From Anthoceros angustus (taxonomy: Eukaryota; Plantae; Anthocerotophyta), in assembly GCA_010909165.1 (NCBI GenBank), contig VJWM01000259.1:1-64000 (forward strand): a stretch of 64,000 nt of DNA. The letters are read 5' to 3'. The notes beneath the pieces were generated by a model, which searched no databases, was not told where the DNA came from, and saw only the letters and a program-made list of their open reading frames with translations. The translations under genes and the position numbers were made by a program. How positions within the stretch are numbered: position 1 is the first letter of the stretch; each line of letters begins with the position of its first letter. Shown here in pieces: positions 1 to 12,028 of this stretch.

Positions 1-135
1 ACTGGAGGTGCAACAAGGCGAGGAGGTCGCCATGGAACTGAGCTGGACCTAGAAACGAGGCTAGACCAGTGAATGGACGAAATAAACTGTCCGTTAATAG
101 AGGAAGAGCATGCAAACGGGCCGCGGGAAGAGAGA
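1..135 (+). mobile_element. Fragment of Athila-like gypsy family F (RNase H-integrase spacer region); left flank of element A
   Basis: Matches the reverse complement of ~46620-46745 (ggaggtgcaacaaggcgaggaggtcgccatgg...gaggaagagcatgcaaacgg). Confidence 0.8.
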
Positions 136-790
136 TGTCATGTCGTTGTCAGAGATGGGAAACAGAGCACCTAAGACTCTATGACCGGATATCGACTAGA
201 GCATCCCGGCATAAGCCCGAATGCCGAAATGACTAGATATCGACCGAGCATCTCGCATAAGCCCCGATGTCAAGTGCTTGATGATGTCATGTACATGGCC
301 CATGGATGGCCCGCATGACATGTATGCATGCATGTGTGCATGTATGCATGTATGCATGTGTGCCATGTATGCATACGTATGGAGATGAAGGATGACATGT
401 GATGTATGTGGACATGTGGTGTGATGTGTCATGGCATGCAATCTATATGCATGGTGTATGCATGTAAGGCGATGCTATGACGATATATAGATGATTTATA
501 TTAGAAAATACATAAAAATCATAAATCAAGGAAAAGGAATAGGCTGTTAAACACATAAAATATTATTATTTCAAGGCCAAGGAAAGTAGGATTATAAAGT
601 GCCCACCATCGATACGGTGGACACTTCATCGAGAACTCGGGGTTTTGCCTATATATGTAGGCACCCATGGATTCTTTGATGTTTGTCTTGTTCTAATAGA
701 CAGCCATACTGCCCCTCGTGTCTTTGTCTCCTAGAGGTTCTTGTGGTTCGTTGCATTGTCGTTGGGAGAATTTTCCTTGATTTCACCACA
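136..790 (+). repeat. Element A terminal repeat A1 (LTR-like, TATA-like cctatatatg near 649)
   Basis: Aligns by eye with 29970-30578 (e.g. cacctaagactctatga; gcccaccatcgatacggtggacacttcatcgagaactcggggttttgcctatat; ttgatttcacc). Confidence 0.85.
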
Positions 791-800
791 TCAACAATCC
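788..800 (+). promoter_or_regulatory. Putative self-priming primer-binding site of element A
   Basis: acatcaacaatcc is the exact reverse complement of ggattgttgatgt (30452-30464 in A2), which lies ~30 nt downstream of the TATA-like motif. No TGG-type tRNA PBS is present. Confidence 0.5.
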
Positions 801-999
801 TCTTGTTGGGGACTAAGATACTGATCGGAGGAGACGTGGCTACCGGAGATTGGAGGAAGAGGCGAAGTCGCCCACCATCCAACCTGTGAGACAGCGATCC
901 GAGAAGGTTGAGTGTTGCGTAAGGCAACTAAGAGATAGGCTGATGTTTTTCGATGGACAGTGAATTTCGCCATTGATTATACCTTAGGTGTGGTAGTCT

Positions 1000-2330
1000 C
1001 ACGATTGTTGAGTTAGCGTAATTGTTCGGAGAAGAGCTCGATACATCTGGAGCCGTTTGTGGATAGAGGCGGTGGATGTACTTTTCGCTAGCTGGTTGGG
1101 CTAATGGGAAACAATTTGCCCTTTGACAACATCCGCAAAGGGTCGTGCATAGGAGAAGTAACCATTGATGGTGTTCCTGAGATCAGGGTGGACTGACGAA
1201 AGGACACTGCGCCTTCAGTCGGAGAAGTGCACGACGCTACTACTCGCCATTCAAGAGGACACCGGAACAATACAGAGACAACGCCCCAGTCACAAGGAGA
1301 CAGTTTGGCGATTGGAGAGTCGCAAGAATGGAGCTTGAGTTCACACCAAGTAACGATGTCTTCACAGGAAAACATGGAAGCATGTCTCTTGCAGATTTCG
1401 AGGAGAAGTTTCTGGGCAATGGCGGAAAACAAGATGAAATACAAGGACGAGTTCACTGAGGATGGCGTTCATGAAGATGTCATCCTACCTTGCGGTGAGG
1501 CTCTAATGTATTACGAGATGAGAAAAGGGATCCTGAAGGTGGAGAGAAGAAGCGGTGCATGAGGCGCCAAGAGGGCTGGTTCGTTGCACCCCCGACGAGG
1601 ACAAGCTCGAGCATCCGTGGACTTGATGTTCGCCAAGTTAACCACCATGTTTCCCTCTGACTGAAAAGATCCGAGGGTCGAGGTTTTCTTTCGGGCCTAA
1701 CGAGACATTGCGTGCATCTTACCTCAGTTGAAGGTTACGGTGGAAGACACGGATGTCAAGGCGATGAGGAGGCTGAGATCTTCATGGCGCATTGCCCGCC
1801 GCAAAGAAGGAAGGTGATGGACTCGCGCATGGAGCGATGGGAGAGATATCGGTTGATGACGCCTATCAAATTCGAGAAGGTGCTCAAAGGAGATGCGATG
1901 GCGGCTTACTTGGAGGATCACCAGTCGTGAAGGGCCCTTCGCAGCCGGGTCCGGAGGACACGGAATTCCGAGTTTGTTCCAAGGTACCCGATCGGGCAAG
2001 CCGATCCTCGGGACATGGCAAGCGACCACATGTGCGAAGGAGGCCGACTAACAATGCAGTCAAGCGGGTGAAGTGTGGCGGATGCGGGGCGCACAAGGCG
2101 TTGCGACTACAAGCCGTGGCCGAAGGGCAAGAAGCCTGTAAGTCTTGTGGCGATGGGGTCACATGGAGGCAGCGTGTTGGGAAGCTCATCCAGTCTGAAG
2201 CCCAAGCTTGCATCGGAAGGAGAAGGGCAAGGGCCCAAGTCGTAAGGCTCTCCTCGGGCAAGTGGAGGAGCTCAAGAAGGAGATGGCCAACATGGCGGCA
2301 GCAGGCAGGATTTTGTTCTCGACTCTGAAG
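1000..2330 (+). pseudogene. gag: Element A gag (frameshifted) with zinc knuckles
   Basis: CKSCG-x-GHMEAAC (CX2CX4HX4C across a frameshift, ~2137-2176) and VKCGGCGAH (~2068); position upstream of protease. Confidence 0.6.
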
Positions 2331-2699
2331 ATGAGGCGTTTGGCATGATGGCGGTGCGCAAGAAAAGAAAAGGGGCTTGACTTTGGTGAAGGCGTCCTGC
2401 GAAAGTGCGGGCAGAATCGACCAAGATGCCGGAGAGTTTCCGTCGAGGAAAACTCCACGACACGAAGGTGTCAAGATCGGTCGAGACATTGAGGCGTTCG
2501 GACAAGGCCATGGAGGTGCCTGATGAAGTCTTGTGGATCCGGGAGTGAAGGGCAACAACTTCAAAAACATCATGCGAATGGCTGGAGAAAGGAGCTTGAA
2601 TCCAGGATCTCTTCCTAGTATGGCGGTTGTGTGGCGAGCATCGATGCCGGAGGAGCGAGGTGAAGGAGGTGTTGCCATGATTGATAACACGGACGACGT

Positions 2700-3060
2700 G
2701 ACCTTTGATGGCTATGCTCCGATGAACGTGCTTGTAGACACCGGGCGGATCCGATCTGAGCACGTGCGAGGCACTAAAGTCACGGACACAAGCTCGGCGG
2801 CGTGAACATCACTCTGCGGTACCAAGGAAGTCGGGAATGACGAGGAGGCCCGTGAAGATTGAATTGAAGCGCACGGGATGCCGGCATCATTGAAGTGAGA
2901 TGTTTGGTCACCGGTGCAAGACATATGATGTCTTCTGGGGTCGGACGGAACTCACCGTCGCCATGGGGTTGATCCCTTGCGCACAAGCTTTCTGACCATT
3001 ACGGTGGAGAGGAGATTTCACGCATGTTGCACGAATTCCTCTAAGGATGAATAGGAGTGG
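2700..3060 (+). pseudogene. Element A aspartic protease
   Basis: PMNVLVDTG motif in ORF 2533..2805. Confidence 0.7.
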
Positions 3061-3362
3061 TGGCAAGAGGGGACGAGGATGACGCCATGCCATGATTGCC
3101 CAGGCTCGTGAGTGAGCATCGACATGAGATGTGGGAGGAAACGCAGAGTTATCCTCTCCGGAGATGCCAAGCCAAGAGAGCGAAGGGTGTGCTTAAGGTT
3201 GTGCGCCGAATATTTGGATCAAGCGAGGGTTCGAGAACCAGCAAGGAAGGAGGATCGACCGTGGAATCTCACACATGTCCCGAGAGGTCGATCCTGTATG
3301 AGGCCCGCCAAGTCGGAGATCGACGATCGACGATGCTCTAGTACGATGGAAGGTGGGTCCAA

Positions 3363-4150
3363 GGCATCCATTTGTTGGAGCTCGCCAGAATCAGCAGGCG
3401 GAAGTGCGCGTGTGGCGTCAAGATACGGCAATATACCGCGTGGAAAAGGATGAGAAGATTCAGCTAGGGTCGAATCTCGTGTTCTCGCAAGCGATCCAAC
3501 ACCGAGCGAGGAAGCGCTCGAGGTCGCCGAGCGTGCTTGCGCACGTGAACTCGGTTGCCGGAAGCCATGGATGAATGCAAGACATTTTCGGCGTGAGGCA
3601 AAGGTGAAGGCGTTGTTGGCACCGAGCTCGCATTTAATCACGCGAGAAGTCCAGATTGCGAATCCACGATGTTGGTACATTCGGAGAATGTGTGCACCAT
3701 GGACAAACGCCCCCGTTAGGGCCCGTATGAAGAGATTCGGGCGTGGTTCGCAATGAGTTGATCATGGACGTGCGGTGGCTCATATGCACACAGCCATCGG
3801 ACAAATGTGGTGGACCGGAGGTGCTCGACAAAGACAGAATTTGACAACTCCGGCGGAAGGTTGTGGATGACATCCTAGAGTTGGGAAGGTGCTCACAGTG
3901 AAGAGGATGGACAAGTTGCCATTTTACCGTGAATCGAGTAGGGGAAGCCAAGGGCATGGCCAACTCGTGAGCACACCGCAATCTTATGCCTTGAGCCGGA
4001 GGAGATGGTGTGATTCTGGATTTGAAGGGAATGAGCTTGGAGAGCTCAATGTTGAGCGAGCAAGCGATGGGCTTTGCCAAGAAGGACACTCGGACCATGG
4101 GCATCACGGTCTGCAAGATGCGGGATGCTTGGGAGCATTTGACATGCGGC
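3363..4150 (+). pseudogene. Element A C5-cytosine DNA methyltransferase domain (frameshifted)
   Basis: Motifs in order: GIHLLEL(F)A-I (I); GVKIRQYT-VEKD (II); G(W)ECQ-FS-xGKGEG (IV); NPRCWYI(L)ENV (VI, gagaatgtg 3684-3692); IMD-x-GSYAHR..TN (VIII); EQAMGF (IX); LG-AFDM (X). Confidence 0.8.
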
Positions 4151-4329
4151 GAGGTGGGTAAGCACTTGGCGTTCCAACTTGCAGAAGGAAGCGAAAGCCT
4201 TCCCTCCAACTACTGCAGGATAAAGAGGTTCCTAAGGCAGAGGAAGATGAGCTGGAGAGAGAGGCCGGCTGTGGATCGAATCTACCAAGAGTGTGACGAA
4301 GAGGTTCATGTATGGCACATTGCGTAAGA

Positions 4330-5488
4330 TGTGAGCCGGAAGATAAGGAAAATCATCAACATGCTTGAGAAAAACAAGGGTGCTTTTGCATTCTTGGAAG
4401 GAGCAGGTATGAGAAGATCAAGTTCAAAGTAGTGACGACTCATGAAGAGCCCGTCTTCAGAAGGAGGCATCGCCTCAGTTCAGCAGAATGGGAGATTGTT
4501 GACAAACGCTGTCAAGAGTTGTTCGAAGCGGGGTTGATAAGAAAATCAAGCTCTCAATATGCTGCTGCGACTGTCCTACCGCTCAAGAAGGATGAGAACG
4601 GTGAATGGAAGGACAGGAGGATGTGTGGCGACTACCGACCTCTAAACGAGGTGACTCCTATGGAGCGGTACCCCATGCCTACTCCAGACGAGATTTTCGA
4701 TGCCATAGGTAAGGCAAAGTTCTTACACTTGGACTTCGCTCGAGCTTCAACCAAATTGTGATTGAAGAGCAGACAAGTGCAAGACATGGGGAAGGACCAG
4801 CTTTGGGAGTGGGAGACAATGCCGTTTGGGCTGAAGAATGCTTCTATATATTTCCAAAGAATTGCGGATCTAGAGCTGCGCCATTTGTGCGTTACATAGA
4901 TGATATCATCCGGTCTTCGGTGAGACAATCAAGAACATATGGAGCATCTAGAGATATTGCTCAGGTCAAGCTCAGTTTGAAAGCTCATCCTAAGAAATGC
5001 AAGTTTGCTTTCCAAGATCGAGTATCCGGGGCATGAGATAGTACCAGAGGCATCATGCCTCACCGGCTAAGGTGCAGCCGTGATGCAAATGCCTAGACCA
5101 AAGGATGTAGCGCTCTTAGAGCCTTCCAGGTTTGGTGAACTATTACAGAGGTTTATGAAGGACCTCGGCCCACGTGTAAACCTCTGTATGAGCTGAAGAA
5201 AGACATTGTGTGGAAATGGGACCAAGACCGAGTTGGCTTGGCAAGATCTTCGGACCAGTTGGCGAGAAGCCTATCGGCCAGTGAATTTTGATCACCCTTT
5301 CACTCAGTACATGGAGCATCGGAATTGGGCGGTGTTGTCACAACATGGTGCGATGGTGTTGAGCGAGTGATAGCTTATGCAAGCCGATCTAACAACTCCT
5401 GTGAACTACTCCTCATATGAGGAGAGTGTCTTTGCTACTGTGATATAGTGATTCGCATTCGTGGTCTATATCTACAGATGGAAGTTTC
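4330..5488 (+). pseudogene. pol: Element A reverse transcriptase and N-part of RNase H
   Basis: SSSQYAAATVLPLKKD..RRMCGDYRPLN..YPMPTPDEIFD; MPFGLKNA; YIDDII; HPKKC; VIAYASRSN. Confidence 0.92.
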
Positions 5489-5731
5489 GAAAATATGAGA
5501 ATTGGTGTAGATCAATTGCTATAAAATAACTACATTATTATATTTGTTAAAACAATGAGTATGTAAACCACAAGCAAAATAACTGAACTTAACCTAGGTG
5601 GGGTCAATAGACACACCCCTTCATAAGGACGTAACCCTAATGAACGGGCACCTAGACTTATAATAGCTATGAACGCATTCACTATATATGTACCAAAGCG
5701 AACCCTAATGAATTAACACTTGTTCTCATCA
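5489..5731 (-). repeat. Element B 3' LTR
   Basis: Near-identical to 12966-13207; preceded on the minus strand by PPT aacaagtgggag (5732-5743). Confidence 0.92.
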
Positions 5732-7049
5732 CTCCCACTTGTTAATTATTATGGAGTCGGTTTGCCTCCCCTCCTACGTCCAGTGTTGTGAAGACTGTGA
5801 GTCCAGCTGAGAATCTCGCGATCCTTGTGTGTACTTTGGGACGTAAGCTCAAGATGGCGGTGCTGTGTGTGAAGGCGACCATCTTCAGGTTCGCGCTTCT
5901 TGTAGCTGCCATTTACGTCCCATGCCTCCTGGCAATAAAGCTCGTTGAGCGAAGGCTAAGGACAGTAACAATGGCGTCTCCAGGGTCTGACGATGCTCGA
6001 GCAGCCAAGCGGCGGCGTACGGGACTCGGGAAGGTTCACCACATCGCGTGGCTAGAACAACCGCCATGAACGGGCGGAAGAGCATCAACGCAAGGCGGCC
6101 GGATACACAAGCACGAGGAGGAGGAGGAGGAGGAGGAGCTAGCGGCGTTAGGAGACGGGCGGCGAGGCACTACCAAGGCTAGCTTGAACCAGCGGCGTGA
6201 CATCGCTACATCTGGACTCTCCGTCTCCCCTCCAAGCTTTCGTCTTTCCAACATCAGGGGTGGGAAGTCAGCTGGTCAGGTTACAGCAGCTCCAGCAACA
6301 CGTTCTTTAGGCGCTGTGGATGCGGGCAAGGGTTCAGTCGCAGCACGTGTGAGGACGGCGGCTAGGCCGGATCTTCAAGAGCCGGCATGGGCGGCCCGAG
6401 CCACTCTGAGCTCGTGTACACACGGTATTGTGAAACAGGCGCTTTAATCGAGGTGAGTTCGAATATGAGTCTGACCAACGTCCTCCTGCTCCAACCAGTT
6501 TCCAGTTCAAAAACGTTATGTCGAGACCAAGGTGATCACACACGGTACTTGGGAAGTGCCGGCAGCCATGTGGTACAAGTGCCAAATTTACGCATCACCA
6601 TGAAGAGAGTGAGGGTTGAAATGTTCGTGGAGTGTAAAGGCCATGTGATCGGCTTCTCTGATAAACCTCGCCCATGCACCTTCTTTGTTGATCTCTCTTG
6701 TTGTTGTTTTGAATTTTTCCTTATCCCTCTTGGTAATGGTAGCTTGTGGCATAATTATTTCCTAACCCCGCTTATTATCATCACTTGCGACTTTGCTCCA
6801 CTATCTCCTCAAGGTCCGAGGCGGAGGAGGAGCAAAGCTTGGAATCTAGGGATGTAATCTCCTACGAGGAGAGGAAGAAGGCAGTCTCCTCGTTCGGAGA
6901 ATGAAGTCTTTCCTCGACAACATGGAATATGCTTCATGGGAGAAGCTTGGTGATTCCACCACCTCGAGTAGGGGTTCCTTTAAATCTCCTCATGGAGATT
7001 GAGACAATGATAATGATCGATTGGGGTTGTGAATAGCCCTGGTAGGCTA

Positions 7050-10000
7050 GGGCTTAGAAATGGCAGTGGGATTGCCTTCATGGCTTCCCATGCCAAGTAC
7101 TCTCATGTGTTTTCATGTAGCTCCTTTCCTAGGGGCTTAGTTAAAATATCTGGATTTATTTTCGGCGTAGGCACATACTCAAGGTGATATCTCGGACTTG
7201 ATGAGGTCACGTATAAAGTGATACTCAACTTCAACATGTTTAGTCACAGGTGAAAAAGGATTATGTGCTAAGCTCATTGACCCTTGGTTATCGTGTGGAT
7301 TGTGGTGCATGGAAGGGAATTCAAGTTCCTTGAACATTAGCTTGCACCAAGCTATCTCCTTTGTAAGTACCGATACTACCTTGATGCTAGATATAGACTC
7401 TGATGGGGCTTGCTAGACCAAACAATGGGTCCTCCACCAACATGACAACATAACCGGTGATTTCCTTGTGTCTATATCTCCATACAGAATCGGTGTAGAC
7501 ATCAAGATGTAAGGGCACTCTAGGTATGTGCTTGTACTTTACACCAATCTGTGAGTTCCTTTAGGTATCTGAAAACTCTCTTAACACCTCGATGTGTTTG
7601 CCACGGTTTTCCAGATCGTGATAAGACACTAGTAGAATAAGCTACTCGCCTAGTGGTATTAGCTGCATATATGAGTTTGCCTACGGCTGTCATGAGGACT
7701 AAACTCATCTTCGTTTTCTAATTGTGTATCGGGGCACATGGTTTTACTCATCTTCATCCACAAGGCAAAGGAGTTGCGGAAGGTTTAGCATCCTTCAATC
7801 CAAGTTGTTCAGCACTACTAAGAAGGTAACGTGGGCGTGTTAATGAGATAGTTCTATTCTTCTGTCACCAATTAGAATACCAAGACAGCTCTGTAAGGCA
7901 CCTAAGTGTGTCATTTCAAACTTGGTTGATAATAGCTTGTTTATGTCTTTGATGAAGGTGGGACTGTTACAAGCCAATATGAGGTCATCAACGTCGCTAG
8001 GTAACAAACCACCTCTTTTGTCCTGTGCACGTATAGGCTCCCATCTGAAACACACTCGACAAAGCCTAACGTTCGCAGCTCTTCATCCAGACAACATTCC
8101 ATTCAAGAGTGTTGTTTTAGACCATACAGTCTTAATTAAGCGTAAGACATAATCTTCTTTCCCTTTGACCTCGTATCCTTGTGGCTGTTGCATGTAAATT
8201 TCTGTATCCAGCTTTCCATGTAAGAAAGCTGTCTTTACATCAAACATGTCAAGCTTATAGTCATTGTGTGCTGCCAATGCACAGATAGTGCGGAATGTGG
8301 CCAGCTTAACAACAGGAGCATAAGTTTCAAAGTAGTCAAGGCCTGGTACTTGAGAAAAACCTCTTGCGACAAGCCCGGCTTTATAACGATCAAAGGTACC
8401 ATCGCTTGACCTTTAGCTTAAACACCCATTTGCAAGATCTTGGCTTGCGTCCACGGTAGTTTAGCTAATTCCCATGTTCCATTTTTGATCAAAGAATCAT
8501 ATTGATTGAATGGCCTTCTTCCATTCGGAGACGATTTAAGGCTTCTTCATAAGTGAGGTTCCACGGGATCAAGATCAAAATCAACGCATGTATGGAAGGT
8601 CCCCTAAAGTCTTGTGATTGATAATAATCGGTGCGTCATGCTTGCGGATAACGGCATAGGGAGAGAAGGTGGCTCTTCAATAGGAGCTGGAATATCCTCA
8701 AGGTCACTATCCTCAAGGTCACTACCTCAACATCTGCTGGAACAATGGGTTGATCGAGAGGGCATGAGAAGGTTGGTCACGAATATCGACAAAATCAAGT
8801 TCGATCTGCAGCTTCCTGGTTATCCTCATTATCATTTTGCTGGTTGTCTTCCCCTTTCGAGCAAACTCCTCATTAGGGTGATCGAGAAAAGTGATGTTAG
8901 GAAGAGCGGATAAATCAAAATCATCTAAAGAAGTGGGAGGAGCTCCCCGCGACTTTTGTTCATCAAAAGTAACACTGCGGGCATAAACCACAGTGTTCTC
9001 AGGTACATCGTATAATTTATATGCTTTAATACCTTCAGTGTAGCCTATCATAAGATATTTCTTGGCTTTAGCAGCTAACTTAGGACGTTTTTTCTTTGGG
9101 ATAAATGCATAAGCTATGCATCCAAAGGTTCTAAGGTGTAAGATAGCTGGTTTTCTACCAAAAAAGGCTTCATAAGGGGTCTGTCCTACAAGTGCATTAG
9201 TAGGCAGCCTGTTATGCAAGTACATCTTCTCATAAGGGCCTCTTAATAGCGAAGGCGGAGAAGCTTGATGAAGCATAGGAAGTCATTTCTGCAAGGTCGA
9301 TTCAATGTTCGCCACACCATTTTTGTGGTGTATAAACAACCTGAGTTGCCTTCCGATTCCTGTCGTACAAAAGATTGGAATTCACTAGAAGTAAATTCAC
9401 CCCATTGTCGATCGAGGGTTTTAACGCTTGCCATCCAGTGTTACTTCATATATTCTTTGAAAAGAAAAGCATTCACTTTTGGCTTTGAGGATATAAGCCA
9501 TGACAAACCTTGTTTTGTCATCCATGAATGTCGGAAATATTTGCCTCCACCGATTGAAGGTCGGAGAGAGGTCCACGGATGTCGTGAACCACTCAAGAAC
9601 TTGAAGCCACAGAGGGAGCTTTATTTTAAAAGCTGCGATGACGCGTTTGGATAAAACACGGGCTTCACAGAGAGGTAAAGGTGGCAATGTGCCAATTTTC
9701 CATCAACATACAGTCACTTTGCAAGTTTACGTAACTTAGCACTATGTGGGTGACCTAGGCGAGCGTGCCATAATTTAGTTTTGACTTCTAACTTACTAGT
9801 AGATTCTAGACTTAGAAGCTAAATGTGTTTGTCTTTGTATGGTCATCTGTGTCTGAAAGAGGTCATGTGAGGATGACCCATAAGCTAGGATCTTACGATG
9901 GTCAAAGGCATCAATGATCCTACACTCTGTAGGAGTAAATAGGATGTGAGTATTATTATCCATGTTGAGTCTCCTAACAGAGATGAGATTCCTAGTCATT

Positions 10001-11182
10001 TCTGGAACATAGTACACATCTTTCAGTATGAGTGTTATTCCTGAAGGGACTGGAATCTCTACAGTGCCTCGTCCTTGAGACACTAGTGATCTGTCATCAC
10101 TTAAGTAGACAAACTGATTGTCTACGAGCTTGTAAGTGACAAAAGCATTTTTGTCAAAGCATATGTGCGCTGTTGCACCTGTATCAAGGTACCACTCACT
10201 TACTGGTTTACCTTGTGTGTTTGCAGACAAGCAGGTGGGGTTAACAAGAGGATATGCAAACTTCCTAATCCCTACAGTAAGGGCAGAAGGTGAGCCTTGC
10301 TTTTTCACCACAACATGTGTCTCAGAAGTAGAGTTGCCCTCCTTGCGAGGTACTCCGGCCTGCTTCTTTCGACATTCATTTTCCCAATGTCCTGGAATCT
10401 GGCACCAGTGGCATTTTCCAGACTTCTTGGGTTTCTTCTGTGCTGTCCCTCGCCGTGAGCCGCCAGCACCTTGAAAGGTATTCTGTTTACCTTTGAAGTT
10501 GGGCCTTGCGCCCTTGTTTTTGTTTGTGGTGTAAAAGCCTGCGCTTACCGGCCTGCTTCTCCTCTTGTAGCCTCTTCCCGAGAAGAGCTCCCACTAACTC
10601 GAAAAAGTTGTCTGGTATTGTGACACTGCACCTTAGCAATTTTGAAGCAGTGAGAAGTATTGTAAGAGGTCACAAAATGTGACCAAGAGTCAGGTAGAGA
10701 CATCATGAAATACAGGGTTAGTAGCTCATCAGATAGAGCCTCCTGTGAAGCACTTTCCAACTTAGAAACAAGGGATCGAATGCCCAACATGTTTTTCAAT
10801 TGTCTCTCCTTCTCTCATTCTGCAATTTTGTATGTTGCGAAGTGTTGTCATCTGACTTGTGGTATTAACCCCTGCGTACAGCTCATGTAATCTGGTCCAT
10901 ATCTCAAAAGATGTATTACAACGTCCATGACATGTCGAGGTTAGTCCACTTCTCAACAGTCGTGCCTTCATCCTCACATACCAAGCTTCTTGTAGTTTCT
11001 TTTCGGAGGAAGAGGAGTAGCATCAGAGGCATCAAGTGTTGGACGTGACTCATCTCCTGCTATTCTCCACAACCTCTTACTTTGTAAGGCTCCTTTCATA
11101 CGCATGACCCAAATGTCATAGTCGGTTCCCCAAATCTATCTTTCTCCTTAAAGATATCACCGATTCTGATGGTGTCGACCAT
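7050..11182 (-). pseudogene. Element B copia gag-pol (gag, PR, INT, RT, RH), frameshifted
   Basis: GKCHWCQIPGHWENEC knuckle; EWYLDTGATAHIC; HLRTFGCIAY..YLMIGY; DVKTAFLHGKL..IYMQQPQG; DVDDLILA; TKHVEV. Confidence 0.92.
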
Positions 11183-11384
11183 TTGTTAGAATGTGATTAT
11201 TCTATCCTAAGCTAGGAGAATGGTGTATGCGACTTTGTAACCTATCCGGACAAGGTACAGAGAAAGGCAGGGAAGGAATATGATGCTCTGTTGCATCTTA
11301 GATGAGCTGAGCAGCCCTTTCTACAAAGGGTGATCAAATCTACCAACTTGAGGTAAATTGGCTGTTGATTTGCTAATCTATTTT

Positions 11385-12028
11385 CTATCCTTTGATGTCT
11401 AATCTCCCATCTGTTAAATGCATAAATGAGCATGAAGGGCGATGTGAATTTGGAGCATCAAAAGTGTGTTGCTTATACTTCTTGTTAGCACGTTTGCAAG
11501 CAACACCTCTCAGTGCAGGATTTGTTAGCAAAGCGGGCTTAAGCAAGGTAAGCAACTTGAAGTCCAAATGTCCTATTCGTTCCTTCAAATCTTGCAAGTC
11601 AACACTGACTTCACTATCTTGTGACGGATGCTCTGGAAACGCTCGTCAACATATTGTTGATGTGTTTCTATTCTTGCATTTAATTGTGACACACTAACAT
11701 GTGGTGATGTATGTGTTGTCAGGAAACCCCTAGGGTTACCGTTCACAGTAGGTGGAAGATTAATTTGATTCCTGGGTGGTGGAGCAAGCAACAAATGGCG
11801 CTGTTGTGGGAAGATCGCCTCAATCAGATTATTGAAGGAATCTCTCACAATCCGGGATAGTTCAGGCTGGTCTTGTGTTTGAAGAATCCAATCCAGGGTT
11901 TGGTGGTAGAGTGATTCTGCAAAATTCAGCCTGCCCTCTTGAATTCGTTGTTCTCTGTGAGCATTCCTCTGATGGATGCGCTCAGCAGGGCGTGGCCGCC
12001 ATTGTGGCCCGTCCATCAAATTGGCCAT
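11385..12028 (-). pseudogene. Extra ORF upstream of gag in element B (unknown, partly coiled-coil-like)
   Basis: 147-aa ATG-initiated ORF 11585..12028 overlaps a 70-aa ORF 11385..11597, suggesting a single frameshift; lies between the PBS and the gag ATG. Confidence 0.45.

Noticed and set aside
196-441. His-rich 81-aa ORF (and 30004..30222)
   Set aside because: These are translations of the ATGC/ATGT low-complexity tract in the terminal repeat.
795-810. Small hairpin caaca-atcctct-tgttg as a terminator
   Set aside because: A 5-bp stem is too weak and the context is eukaryotic; it is relevant at most as part of the leader structure.
1884-2690. 268-aa antisense ORF and similar long antisense ORFs (55848..56576, 60586..61365, 61644..62384)
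   Set aside because: They are shadow frames of GC-rich retroelement sequence with no recognisable motifs.
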